From Anaerolineales bacterium (GTDB lineage: Bacteria; Chloroflexota; Anaerolineae; Anaerolineales; E44-bin32): a stretch of 64,000 bases of DNA. The stretch is taken from positions 15,513-79,512 of the forward strand of contig JBGUDT010000005.1 of NCBI GenBank assembly GCA_041821665.1, given 5' to 3'. Of this stretch, positions 10,979-20,810 are shown piece after piece. Position numbers and translations under genes: made by a program. A model generated the notes under the pieces. It saw only the letters and a program-made list of their open reading frames with translations, ran no database searches and was not told the origin of the DNA. Each line of letters opens with the position of its first letter. The stretch's first letter is position 1.

Positions 10979-11238
10979 GAACCATGATAATAATTTCTCG
11001 ATCGCCGTTGCACGTCTCTCTTGTAATTACAAATCAAGCGTATGCCCGGAGCTGAAGCTCCGGGCTCACAACCGAAGGGTGCTACGCACCCTGAAGCTCA
11101 GCCCAATAGGTTTGAGCAATCAGCCCGATGGGTCAGATGGTCCTCTGGTAGCCCGAGGGGCTTAAGCTATGAGACCGACCATTTATGGTCGGTCGATCAA
11201 TGTTGCTACGAGGAACAAAGGGACATCAGAAGTATGGG

Positions 11239-11919
11239 TTATTTCTGCTGCGCGTATTTTGCCAGGCCGTCTTTATCCTCAATCGAGAATTCTGTGCGCG
11301 TGATCTGGATCAAGTTTTCGTCTGAAAAACGATAAAGAATGCGGCAAACTACTTCGCTCGTTGTGCCAACATAGGCAGCCATGGCGTCGAGGGTCAGATC
11401 GCGCGATACAGGATCTTCCCCCTTATCGCCGTAGCGATCTAAGAGCAGCTGAGCCATCCGCCCGGCGACCGGGTGGAACGCAAGACTCTCAACGATGTCG
11501 CTTGCTTGCTTCATCCGCTCGACGAGCAACCCACACAAGGACCAGAGCGCCTCGCCGTTAGCGACCAACAGGGGAAGTACGTCATCGCGCGACCAGGATG
11601 CAATCGAGCCGGGCATTCCGGATAACAGTGAAATGGGCATGACGGATTGAGTGTCGAAGAATGTCAGTCCCCAGAAGACATCGCCGCGGGTGATCGAGAG
11701 CACGACAAGGCTTCTTCCTTCAGATGATTCTTTCACGGCATGGAATTCGCCCTCTTGAACCAGGATCAAGCGAGGCCAGAGGTCGCCACTGAGGGTCACA
11801 AATTCGCCCTCAGCATACGTCTTCTGGCGAACGAGGGAGAGAAGCTCATCGCGTAAGCCATCTGAAAAGCTCGAAAAAGGCTCGGTTTTTTCCATTAGGT
11901 TCTTTAAATCAGTCACCAT
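11239..11919 (-). CDS. Crp/Fnr family transcriptional regulator
   Basis: 226 aa with an N-terminal cNMP-binding-like beta-roll and a C-terminal HTH ('LTLDAMAAYVGTTSEVVCRILYRF'). Confidence 0.75.
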   Translation of the reverse strand: MVTDLKNLMEKTEPFSSFSDGLRDELLSLVRQKTYAEGEFVTLSGDLWPRLILVQEGEFHAVKESSEGRSLVVLSITRGDVFWGLTFFDTQSVMPISLLSGMPGSIASWSRDDVLPLLVANGEALWSLCGLLVERMKQASDIVESLAFHPVAGRMAQLLLDRYGDKGEDPVSRDLTLDAMAAYVGTTSEVVCRILYRFSDENLIQITRTEFSIEDKDGLAKYAQQK

Positions 11920-12096
11920 ATCTCTCCTGGGTACGTCTCACGATGATCTGTTTAGATGTACTTTAATACAAGACCAATGAAAACTCCACTGAGAAGCCGC
12001 CGAATCGTTGGTCGAAATTGCTTTAACACAAGGACGTAGGTCTTGAATAGTTCTATTCTTCACAAAGAAGCAGTATCTCTAGATATGGAGCCATGA

Positions 12097-12501
12097 ATGG
12101 CGCATACACCGAGAACCGATCGGATTGCTATGGTTGTTCTTTGTGCGTTGATCGGTGTATTTCTTATTCTTGCGGTACCGTGGATCTTTCAGACCTCGCT
12201 CGAGCGGGTGCTGGCCAAGCTGATAGAGGCGATTGTTAACGAATTGAAATTTACCAGCAGGATCACGCTTGCCTCGTTTTTTTATCCTTTCTGGCGAGCG
12301 GTGGGTTTTGTCGCGGGCGTGATGCTCGTACTCATGACAGTTCCTCTATATCGAGGGCAAGATTGTGCATTTGCAACAGCTGTGACCACCCTCGCTGTCC
12401 CTTTCATCAGCATCTATTCAAGAAATCACTACAGAAGAGGGATTCTAATTATCCCTCAGGTTATTGAAACCCGTTGCAGTAATATCAGAATCAGGAGGTG
12501 A
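12097..12501 (+). CDS. hypothetical membrane protein
   Basis: 134-aa ORF with several hydrophobic segments. It is directly followed by the next membrane ORF. I recognise no family. Confidence 0.4.
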   Translation: MAHTPRTDRIAMVVLCALIGVFLILAVPWIFQTSLERVLAKLIEAIVNELKFTSRITLASFFYPFWRAVGFVAGVMLVLMTVPLYRGQDCAFATAVTTLAVPFISIYSRNHYRRGILIIPQVIETRCSNIRIRR

Positions 12502-13323
12502 ATGATGAAAACCAACTATCGTTTAGGTGGAATTCTGGCTCTTGTGGGTGCACTGCTGGGAATTATTGGTACCTACTACATTTTTTTGACCTGGTACACA
12601 CCTGCGCTCACGGCAGAGGCAGCGGAGCCAGGATGTGAAATTCTATTGAAGTACTTAATGCCGGCTTTGTTAGATTTCGGCATCCTTGCAGGTGTACTTT
12701 ATGCCGTCAGTGCCCTCGGTTTCTTCACAAGCGCACGATGGGCATTCCCCCTTGTCGTCATTGCCAACATCCTGGCGCTCCAGGGAAGCTGGTTTATCAA
12801 CGTTCCGTTCATGGCGGCGGGTATGCCACCAATATACTTCACGATATTCTTCCCTAACCTCATCCTCTTCTTCCTTTTCATGAGGCCTGTGGGCAAGTTG
12901 CCCTGGAACCGGATCATCCTGGGAATGGTGACTGGCATGGCATTTATCTTCTGCTTCATGAACGGTGTTGCCAGCTGGAGCCGTATGTTAACCATCGGGA
13001 CTCACATTTTCGTGGCCGTGCAGCGATTGAACTGGTTGGCTTTTGTCGGGATGGGCGTCGTCACCGTTGGTGTGCTGTTACGACCCAAGGAGTGGGTGCG
13101 GGTCCTAGGCATTTCAGCGGCCTCGCTCGAACTCGTTGTGGGCACTCCGCTTGCAGTCGTAACGACGATAAATCTGGGACGGTTTTCGCTGTTCTCGCTG
13201 GGTCCTATCTTTTGCTTGATAATTCTGGTGATCTTCGTCATTCCCTCCCTGTGGAAACGTAGCACGGGCGTAAGTGTCGAATCGGATATAAGTGTCGAGA
13301 AGGCTCTACCTCAGGAGGGATAA
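12502..13323 (+). CDS. hypothetical polytopic membrane protein
   Basis: 273 aa with about 7-8 hydrophobic helices. An AGGAGG RBS lies upstream of the ATG, and the operon ends at a strong terminator. Confidence 0.55.
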   Translation: MMKTNYRLGGILALVGALLGIIGTYYIFLTWYTPALTAEAAEPGCEILLKYLMPALLDFGILAGVLYAVSALGFFTSARWAFPLVVIANILALQGSWFINVPFMAAGMPPIYFTIFFPNLILFFLFMRPVGKLPWNRIILGMVTGMAFIFCFMNGVASWSRMLTIGTHIFVAVQRLNWLAFVGMGVVTVGVLLRPKEWVRVLGISAASLELVVGTPLAVVTTINLGRFSLFSLGPIFCLIILVIFVIPSLWKRSTGVSVESDISVEKALPQEG

Positions 13324-13385
13324 GGGAAAGTCTCGCTAATCCACCGAGAAAGCGTACTACTACGAAAAACATCCTTTGATCGACC

Positions 13386-13424
13386 CTGCACCTTGTCATC
13401 AGCGACAAGGTGCAGATGTTTTTT
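13386..13424 (+). terminator. intrinsic terminator
   Basis: A 12-bp perfect hairpin (ctgcaccttgtc / gacaaggtgcag) is followed by 'atgtttttt'. Confidence 0.7.
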
Positions 13425-13608
13425 CCGTCATTGAAGAACGTCAACCTGCCCTCGAACGCACCTCCCTGGCCAAAGTCTCTAGGTGACGCTTGACCTACTA
13501 CATGCGGGTACAATTAGATATAAATGTGGGGATTGAGTGAGATTTCCTTGAACCACTTATTCGGTCGAGGACTATAGGAACAGCACATTACATCTTGAGA
13601 ATGAGTGA

Positions 13609-14859
13609 ATGAGAAATTATCCAGCGATTTCGCGAAAAATTACCAGGACACTTTTCAGCGCACAGAGTCTCGTATCCGCCGCGATGATCGCGATGGCGAC
13701 GGTTAATACCATTATTGGCGCGGAACTGAGTGGGGTCGTTGCATGGGCTGGAGTCCCGGCGGCGGTACTGCTTGGAGCATCTGCCATCGGGGCGCTTTTC
13801 TGGGGTTTTCTGATGGAACGCAGAGGTCGACGGGTAGGTCTTGCGATAGGGCTGGGGATTGGGGTGCTGGGATCCTTCTTGTCCGGGTGGGCGGTTCTCA
13901 ACGTCACATTCTTGCTATTCCTGGTTGGTATGGCTGGTCTTGGGCTTGCTCAATCGGCAATGCAGTTGGGTCGCTATGCCGCTGCAGACGTGAGTCCTTT
14001 GGAGGCGCGTGGTCGCGCGATCGCGAACGTCGTCGTGGGTGGCACGGTGGGGTCTATCCTCGGACCGCTGCTTGTGGGTCCCGCTTCGACGTGGGCAACG
14101 AGTGTCGGGCATAATGAGTTGGTCGGAGCTTATGCCGTTGGATTAATCTTGTTCACGATTGCTACCATTATTATCGTGTGGCTGCTGCGGCCCGAACCGA
14201 TGGAGATCGCCCGCGAGTTGGCTCCTCCGCAAGAACGTACAAACGACACAAACGTTGAAGTCCAACCTCTGAGAAAAATCTTTCAGCGCCCCGGTGTATT
14301 TGTCGCAAGCGGGTCCATGATCATCGGTCAACTCGTCATGGTCATGTTGATGGTCATCACAAGTTTACATATGAGGAATTCGGGGTTTCTTCTCAGGGAT
14401 ATTTCAATTGTCATCGCCGCACATACGTTCGGCATGTTTGCCTTTTCAATCTTCTCCGGTCGCCTGACTGACCGTGTCGGTCGGACTCCTGTTCTTATGT
14501 TTGGTTCATTAATATTGGTGTTTGCTGCGTTGACGGCTGGTCTCTTCCCGGGAATTTTACCTTTGGTTATTTCCCTCTTCCTCCTCGGGCTCGGTTGGAA
14601 CTTTTGCTATGTGGGGGGATCGACGATGTTAACTGATAATTTGCTCAATTTGGAGCAATCACGTGTGCAGGGCTTTAACGATCTTCTCCTGGGGCTGGTA
14701 TCCGCAATCGGGAGTTTGGGGAGTGGCTTTGTGTTCGCGGCGATCGGTTATCGTGCCGTCGGGTTAATCGGTGCCGCCCTTGCAATCATTCCCTTCCTCT
14801 TGAGCTTCTGGTGGCGAAGAAATCATGCACCAACTACTCTTCGTGATGCGGTATCTTGA
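13609..14859 (+). CDS. MFS transporter
   Basis: 416 aa with about 12 TM segments and an MFS loop 2-3 motif 'MERRGRR'. Confidence 0.8.
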   Translation: MRNYPAISRKITRTLFSAQSLVSAAMIAMATVNTIIGAELSGVVAWAGVPAAVLLGASAIGALFWGFLMERRGRRVGLAIGLGIGVLGSFLSGWAVLNVTFLLFLVGMAGLGLAQSAMQLGRYAAADVSPLEARGRAIANVVVGGTVGSILGPLLVGPASTWATSVGHNELVGAYAVGLILFTIATIIIVWLLRPEPMEIARELAPPQERTNDTNVEVQPLRKIFQRPGVFVASGSMIIGQLVMVMLMVITSLHMRNSGFLLRDISIVIAAHTFGMFAFSIFSGRLTDRVGRTPVLMFGSLILVFAALTAGLFPGILPLVISLFLLGLGWNFCYVGGSTMLTDNLLNLEQSRVQGFNDLLLGLVSAIGSLGSGFVFAAIGYRAVGLIGAALAIIPFLLSFWWRRNHAPTTLRDAVS

Positions 14860-16094
14860 ATTTCAAGCCCGAGCGTGATCAGGGCAGTGAGGGCGAAGAG
14901 CACAGAACAGCCTTTGTATAAACTAGTGAGACCCACCACCCCGATCACCCAAAACGCAAGAGGGGGGCCCAGTGCACTTCCAACATCACCGATTGTATAG
15001 ATTACGCTGATGACTCGTCCCTCGACTTCGGGACGAACGATGTCTCCTGCAGTCGCGGGGGCGAGCGTTTGAACGCCGCCTCCCGGAAGACTAGCAAGTA
15101 AGGCTCCTAAGAAGGCGGTGATCATCGCAACGCTGCTCATCAGCCATAACCCGAAGGATCCGATGGCAAGCAGCCCCGCAATAATTAGCCATCGTCGATT
15201 TAGCCTATCAGAGAGTGTGCCTGCAGCGGGCGCGCTGATCATCCCGGTCAGAGTACGAACGGCGACGAAGGCTCCCGTGAAGGTGGCGATGGGGATAAAA
15301 CCACCTTCAAATGTGATCCCATCAGCAAAGAATGATTCCAACCAAATAATCGTTGTGGAAGCGAGAACGCCTGCAAGACCAAAACGAACCACAAATACTG
15401 GAATAGAGGTCAATATCGCAGTTTTCCAGGGGAAGCGAACGCTAGATTTTGGTTGGGATTTTTTCGGTTTATTTACCCGATATGGTTTCGTCTCAGGGAG
15501 ATACAAGATCCACATCAACAAGGCCAGCCCCGTGAGGGCAGCACTTATTAGCAAGCCCCCGTGGAATCCAAAAACATCCGTAAATAAACCCCCTAAGAGG
15601 GCAGAAGCGCCGATGCCTGCAAAGAACCACATCTGGTAACGACCGCTCAATCGACCCCGGTTCTCATCATTCGAGATATCGAGGACGATGGTGTTTCCGC
15701 CAATCCATATCCCAGACCAGGCGATTCCCCAGAGGACTCGACCGAGGAGGAAGATCTCAAATCCTCTCCCGATGCCGTAAAGCGTGGTCGAGATGAACCC
15801 GATAAAGAGGGATGCAATCATTAATTTTCTGGTCGGCAATCGATCATAGAGTGATCCGGCAATCGGATTTGATAGCAGCCGTACCAGTCGATTGACTCCG
15901 AGAATAATCCCAACCATCGTGAGCGTCACGCCCGCAGAGGCCGCGATCGAGGCATGCGGTAATACTGTATATAAGGTACTGTCGCCCAGAAGCGAAATGG
16001 CAGTCCCCAATCCGAGTGGGATTAGGACGCGGCGGGGGGAGGGACCTGGTTCCACCTCGATCATTGTGTTTTTCGATAACGGAGAATGGATCAT
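14823..16094 (-). CDS. MFS transporter
   Basis: About 12 TM segments with the MFS motif 'GSLYDRLPTRK'. The start is uncertain: the ORF track extends to 16172, and internal Met codons at 16094 and 16061 are more plausible. Its 3' end overlaps the convergent MFS gene by 37 nt. Confidence 0.75.
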   Translation of the reverse strand: MIHSPLSKNTMIEVEPGPSPRRVLIPLGLGTAISLLGDSTLYTVLPHASIAASAGVTLTMVGIILGVNRLVRLLSNPIAGSLYDRLPTRKLMIASLFIGFISTTLYGIGRGFEIFLLGRVLWGIAWSGIWIGGNTIVLDISNDENRGRLSGRYQMWFFAGIGASALLGGLFTDVFGFHGGLLISAALTGLALLMWILYLPETKPYRVNKPKKSQPKSSVRFPWKTAILTSIPVFVVRFGLAGVLASTTIIWLESFFADGITFEGGFIPIATFTGAFVAVRTLTGMISAPAAGTLSDRLNRRWLIIAGLLAIGSFGLWLMSSVAMITAFLGALLASLPGGGVQTLAPATAGDIVRPEVEGRVISVIYTIGDVGSALGPPLAFWVIGVVGLTSLYKGCSVLFALTALITLGLEIQDTASRRVVGA

Positions 16095-16343
16095 GTGGGA
16101 ACGACCTTGTGAATCTTGGAAGGACGACGGGTAAGATCTGCTCTGATACCGTAAACTTGACACGGACCGCATCGCAGTGAACGAAGTACGTCATTCACTG
16201 AGAGTTAAGTGCCAACACAGCTTAGATATTACTGTGCAAACCTTTCTTTGTCATGTAAAAATATGCTTCAGAAAAGCTTGACCTTGGGCGTTATAATCAG
16301 TGTTATATACCGAAGTGTGCCGCATATGGAAGTGTGAACTCCA

Positions 16344-17333
16344 ATGCCTACGAATTTGCCACCAGAATATAAAAAAGTTGAGAAGCTATATCGCCAGGCA
16401 TCCACACCTGAGGAAAAAATCGAGTACCTCGAGGAGATGTTCAGTATCGTGCCCAAACATAAGGGCACCGATAAGCTCAGAGCTGGGTTGAGGAAGAAGC
16501 TTTCTAAACTAAAAGTCCAATCCGAGTCGAGCAAAAAGGGGGGGCACCGGGAATCAAGTTTTAATGTGGACAAGGAGGGCGCGGGTCAGATAGCGCTCGT
16601 CGGTGCGGCAAACACGGGAAAATCGTCCCTCGTCGCCTCCCTCACCAACGCGGAACCCGAGGTCGCTGAATATCCATTTACGACCCGGATGGCGACGCCA
16701 GGAATGATGCCTATCGAGAATATCCAGGTACAGCTCATCGATACACCAGCGCTCGATCGTGATTTCATCGAACCTGGATTGCTGGATATGATCCGGCGTG
16801 CAGATATCGTGATGGTGGTGGTCGATCTTCAAGCGGATCCGATTGGCCAACTCGAAGACACGATCGCCTACCTGGAGAGTCAGCGTATTTATCCCTTGGA
16901 GAAAATGGATACGTTTGAAGAGCACCGGCGGAAGACATTTCTCCCCTTTTATGTCCTCGTGAATAAAGTTGATGACGCAAAATCCGACGAAGATTTTGAA
17001 GTCCTTTGCGATTTACTTGACGAGACCGAGTGTCCCCTCATCCCTGTATCTACTTTGACCGGCAGGCACGTCGAAGATTTCAAACGCACTATTTTTGAAA
17101 AATTGGGAGTGATTCGAATCTATTCCAAGGCGCCAGGGAAGGATGCCGATTTAAACTCACCCTACGTTATGAAGAAAGGATCGACGGTCGAAGAGTTCGC
17201 CGCAAAAGTGCATCAGGATTTTTACCAAAACTTGAAATTGGCGAGGGTCTGGGGAAGCGGAGGGTTTGATGGGCAATTGGTCAGCCGGGATTATGTGCTC
17301 CATGATGAGGATGTACTCGAACTTCGAAAGTAA
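16344..17333 (+). CDS. Obg-superfamily GTPase of the DRG/Rbg type with a C-terminal TGS domain
   Basis: G1 'GAANTGKSS', G2 'YPFTT', G3 'DTPA', G4 'NKVD'. The N-terminal helix 'KHKGTDKLRAGLRKKLSKLK' and C-terminal 'IRIYSKAPGK...VWG...LHDEDVLELRK' parallel eukaryotic and archaeal DRG proteins. Confidence 0.8.
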   Translation: MPTNLPPEYKKVEKLYRQASTPEEKIEYLEEMFSIVPKHKGTDKLRAGLRKKLSKLKVQSESSKKGGHRESSFNVDKEGAGQIALVGAANTGKSSLVASLTNAEPEVAEYPFTTRMATPGMMPIENIQVQLIDTPALDRDFIEPGLLDMIRRADIVMVVVDLQADPIGQLEDTIAYLESQRIYPLEKMDTFEEHRRKTFLPFYVLVNKVDDAKSDEDFEVLCDLLDETECPLIPVSTLTGRHVEDFKRTIFEKLGVIRIYSKAPGKDADLNSPYVMKKGSTVEEFAAKVHQDFYQNLKLARVWGSGGFDGQLVSRDYVLHDEDVLELRK

Positions 17334-17604
17334 AGAATCCCGAAGCAACGCAGCATCTTCCAAGGAATAAGTCCCCCCACCTTGCTTTATCCCTGTTTCA
17401 ATCTGATGGATTCCATTTTCCTCCAAAACCTGTCCTTGGAATCAAGGAGCTTGCTCCTTCCTATCAAGCTGCAGGGTATTCTGGCTTTTTCCCAGTAATC
17501 CCTCCTCATTGCTTGAACGTTCTTTCCAACTTGGAAACCAGAATCAACTGGTGTCAGTAAAAGTGCTTCAAGATCGACATCCGAGTTGGGAGAGATGTTT
17601 TGGT

Positions 17605-18420
17605 TCAGATGGCTTTATGATATTGGATGAACAACTGGCCCACACCATCCAACCCAGAAGGATCATAATAAAGTTTCTTCAACTCGAAGTCGGCTGGATG
17701 TGAGAGCAATGGACCTTCCACAAGACTGGCAAAGGGATCGCCGCCCAATACTCGGGATGCGATCGTGAGATAGAGGTGATCGAGCACACGGTCCTCGAGC
17801 AAGAGATGGAGTATGCGGGGACCGGCCGCCGAGTACACAGAACGGTAGCCCTCCCCAGCCAGAGCGTCTTTCAAATCGCGACCTTCCACGCTGTGTTCGC
17901 CGCTTATGATGACGGACCCGAGCTGGGATTCGAGCGATCGAACTCGGTCAGGATCGGCATCTCTCGTAGTGACGACAATGACTCGTCGCCCGTCCTCAAT
18001 CAGCGCGCTGGGAATGGCAAAGTCCAGGCTGCTGCTGATCACTGCAAGATCAGGGAAGGGGGCTAATCCCCTTTTCTCTCTCCACTCTACAAGGTCAGCG
18101 AACTCCGGATCCTCATGGACTTTCAGGATCTCTTGTGCATGCCCGTCGGCGTAGTCTCGAAGGTAGCGTCCGCTCGTGAGCACAACCTCCGCCTGGGCAG
18201 CGAGCTCCTGAAAAAGCCGCCAATCTCGGGGATTTGTGATGTCGCCTGGTACACCCAGACGTCCATTATTTTCCACGGCGATTCGGCCGTCAATGCTGGT
18301 GATGAAATTTGTATAGATGATCGTGCTTCCTTCTTCAAGAAGGTCTTCCTCTTGAAGATACAACCCTCTCAATAGGATGTCTTCTTTTAAGACCGGGTAT
18401 AACTGCAGTAAATTTTCCAT
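17605..18420 (-). CDS. RibD C-terminal-domain / dihydrofolate-reductase-like family protein
   Basis: 271 aa. 'YTNFITSIDGRIA' resembles the RibD_C reductase N-terminal signature. No deaminase domain is present. Confidence 0.55.
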   Translation of the reverse strand: MENLLQLYPVLKEDILLRGLYLQEEDLLEEGSTIIYTNFITSIDGRIAVENNGRLGVPGDITNPRDWRLFQELAAQAEVVLTSGRYLRDYADGHAQEILKVHEDPEFADLVEWREKRGLAPFPDLAVISSSLDFAIPSALIEDGRRVIVVTTRDADPDRVRSLESQLGSVIISGEHSVEGRDLKDALAGEGYRSVYSAAGPRILHLLLEDRVLDHLYLTIASRVLGGDPFASLVEGPLLSHPADFELKKLYYDPSGLDGVGQLFIQYHKAI

Positions 18421-18640
18421 GAAAAGAATTACCCTTCACAGGCGAGCGCTCGATATCGTGGATAGATTCCACAAATCTCCACGTCGTCCAATCATACATC
18501 ATTTGAACTGGGGGGTGGATGGCAAAACATAGGGTCGTGTTTTCTGGTGTGACGTGTACAATTGAGCCGTTCTGGGCAACGGCGAATCGATCGCGCTACG
18601 TAGTCAAAGAGCCGCACTATTAACAACGAGGGAGAAGGAC

Positions 18641-19309
18641 ATGAACCAGAATTTGATTGGGTTAATTGTTTCCTATATCTACGTGTTCTCGATAATCGGG
18701 ATAAGTGAGGGTTTACGGAAGTGGCGCGGATACTCCGTTGATTTCACACGGAAGTTCGTCCACATCGGTGTTGGAATGTGGGCATTTGGCACAGTACTAC
18801 TCTTCGAGAATAAAGTCTTTGCCATCATTCCGCCGTTATCGTTTGTCTTGATAAATTACATTTCCTATCGGCGTGAAACTTTCAAAGCCATGGAGACGGG
18901 AGAGCGAGGTCAACTAGGGACCGTTTACTTCCCAATTGCTTTCTCTGCAGCAATCTGGATATTTTGGGACAACCCCGTTATTCTCGTCGCTTGTTTGATG
19001 CCGATGACATGGGGAGACGCATTTGCAGCCGTTATAGGTCAACGTTACGGACAAAGGGAGTATTCGGTATTCGGGAGCACACGGACGCTCGAAGGTTCGC
19101 TCACGATGTTCCTGGTGAGCTTGATTGCGACCGCGATCCCACTGCTCATGTTTTCAATGGGCCGTATCACGCCTGGTGAGGCACTCCTCGTCAGTGCGAT
19201 CACCGCTTTGGGGGCTACAGCTGCCGAAGCAGTATCTCCCCATGGGACTGATAATCTGACTGTGCCCGCTGTCTCAGCTTTGCTGCTTGCGCTTCTGCTC
19301 CTCGTGTGA
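18641..19309 (+). CDS. CTP-dependent polyprenol (phytol/dolichol) kinase-like membrane protein
   Basis: 222 aa and polytopic. 'WGDAFAAVIGQRYG' and 'TLEGS' match the cytidylyltransferase/phytol-kinase family signature. Confidence 0.6.
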   Translation: MNQNLIGLIVSYIYVFSIIGISEGLRKWRGYSVDFTRKFVHIGVGMWAFGTVLLFENKVFAIIPPLSFVLINYISYRRETFKAMETGERGQLGTVYFPIAFSAAIWIFWDNPVILVACLMPMTWGDAFAAVIGQRYGQREYSVFGSTRTLEGSLTMFLVSLIATAIPLLMFSMGRITPGEALLVSAITALGATAAEAVSPHGTDNLTVPAVSALLLALLLLV

Positions 19310-19374
19310 TGGGTCACGCATATACTTAGTGGGATCGAAGTTGGATTGTGATATCGACGCTTGGAGCGTGGTGG

Positions 19375-20625
19375 TCAGGTGGATGCAGCAGATTCCGCTT
19401 TTTCTGCTGCTGGTATTTTGAGTCGATCTTTCGACCGGAGGTAGAGCAGGTAAAAACCCGCCACTGAAATCGCACAAAATATGGCTGCCAAGTACCAAAC
19501 GAGATTGGGGTTGTAATTATCCAGGACGATGCCGGCGGCCCAGGGTCCTATTGCTGAAGGTATAGTCCAGGACAACCCATAAATTGCCATGTACCTTCCA
19601 CGCTTATCTTCGGGGGCAAACCGCGCCACCAAAGCTTGACCTACTGGGATGACGATCATCTCACCTACGGTGATGATCAACATTGCCACAACGAAGAGTA
19701 CGAATATCTCCACGAACCCATAAAGACCGAAACCGATCAAATATAATCCTGATCCGAGCGCCATCATAAGCATAGGCGCGTATTTTTTTGTCTGTCGAGT
19801 GACCCAGAATTGAAAGATCACGACCGTCGTGGAGTTTATGCTCATAAGGAATCCATAGCCTTGAGGTCCGATACCATGGACATCACGCAGGTACACAGAA
19901 AGTGTGCTGTACATCTGCAGATAGGCGATTAGCATGAACATCGAAACAACGAGGAAAGCCATGAAGAGCTTGTCTGCCAGCACATGGCGATACCCAGCGA
20001 AGGAGCCCAGAATACTTTCGGATTCCTCGGCTTTGGCTGTTTCAGGTTTCGTCTCGGGGATCAAGCGGTACACGATCCCTGCGGTGATGAGGCTCGAGAT
20101 GGCGTCGAGCACGAAGAGAAGCATATAAGATTGGGTGGCTAGGAGCCCACCGATTGTAGGGCCGATAATCCAGGCGAGGTTGCCGGCAACCCGGAGAACA
20201 CCATATCCTTCGGCTTGTTTTTCTTCTGGGAGAAGGTCCGCCACCATGGCTTGACGTGCGGGGCCACCGATGTCGGACAAGAAGCCCACCACGACCGCCA
20301 AGCCATAAAGGACGTTCAGGTCGTTGACCAAACCCATCCAGACGCTGCTCAAGGCGCTAATGACAAGACTAAATATGACGATGCCGCGCCGTCCGAACTT
20401 ATCCGTTAGTGCACCGCCCACCAAATTCCCGAGAAATCCGGATATCGAGAATATCGCAAACAGGATGCCGGCTTCGGTCATACCTACGTCGAATTTCTGG
20501 GTTACATAGAGCGCAAAGAAGGGGAAGATCATCGTCCCGCCGAGGCGGTCGATGAAGGTAGCTAATACGAGGGTCCAGAAATCCCGGGGAAATTCTTCCC
20601 AGGTTCCCTTAAGACGACTGATCAT
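19375..20625 (-). CDS. MFS transporter
   Basis: 416 aa with 12 predicted TM segments and the MFS motif 'GALTDKFGRRG'. Confidence 0.8.
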   Translation of the reverse strand: MISRLKGTWEEFPRDFWTLVLATFIDRLGGTMIFPFFALYVTQKFDVGMTEAGILFAIFSISGFLGNLVGGALTDKFGRRGIVIFSLVISALSSVWMGLVNDLNVLYGLAVVVGFLSDIGGPARQAMVADLLPEEKQAEGYGVLRVAGNLAWIIGPTIGGLLATQSYMLLFVLDAISSLITAGIVYRLIPETKPETAKAEESESILGSFAGYRHVLADKLFMAFLVVSMFMLIAYLQMYSTLSVYLRDVHGIGPQGYGFLMSINSTTVVIFQFWVTRQTKKYAPMLMMALGSGLYLIGFGLYGFVEIFVLFVVAMLIITVGEMIVIPVGQALVARFAPEDKRGRYMAIYGLSWTIPSAIGPWAAGIVLDNYNPNLVWYLAAIFCAISVAGFYLLYLRSKDRLKIPAAEKAESAAST

Positions 20626-20810
20626 CGTGGATAAAGTTCTCCTAGCGTGGTTTACAAGGAAATGTGAATCATATCCTCGGGTTCGCTAATCGTCCAGATA
20701 AATTCTGAAGTTCTTCATTAGGATTTCGTCCGGTGAAAACCCACTTCTTTCCTGAACCTTGGTAGAATCCCAACTCGTTTCCAGATGCATCCGAAGGAGT
20801 TTAGCCACTG

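Noticed and set aside
12499-12504. The 12097-12501 and 12502-13323 ORFs are in the same frame, separated by a single TGA, which could suggest read-through, selenocysteine or a pseudogene split. The same is true at 24534-24539 for orf151 and ccrM.
   Set aside because: In both cases a good RBS precedes the downstream start (AGGAGG and AGAGGTGG). The downstream proteins begin at their family-typical N-termini. I saw no SECIS-like hairpin. A shared frame is expected by chance in one of three junctions.
14823-14859. A 37-nt 3'-3' overlap of two convergent MFS transporter genes, considered as a possible antisense regulatory feature.
   Set aside because: Short convergent overlaps are common in compact genomes, and nothing else in the sequence supports regulation.
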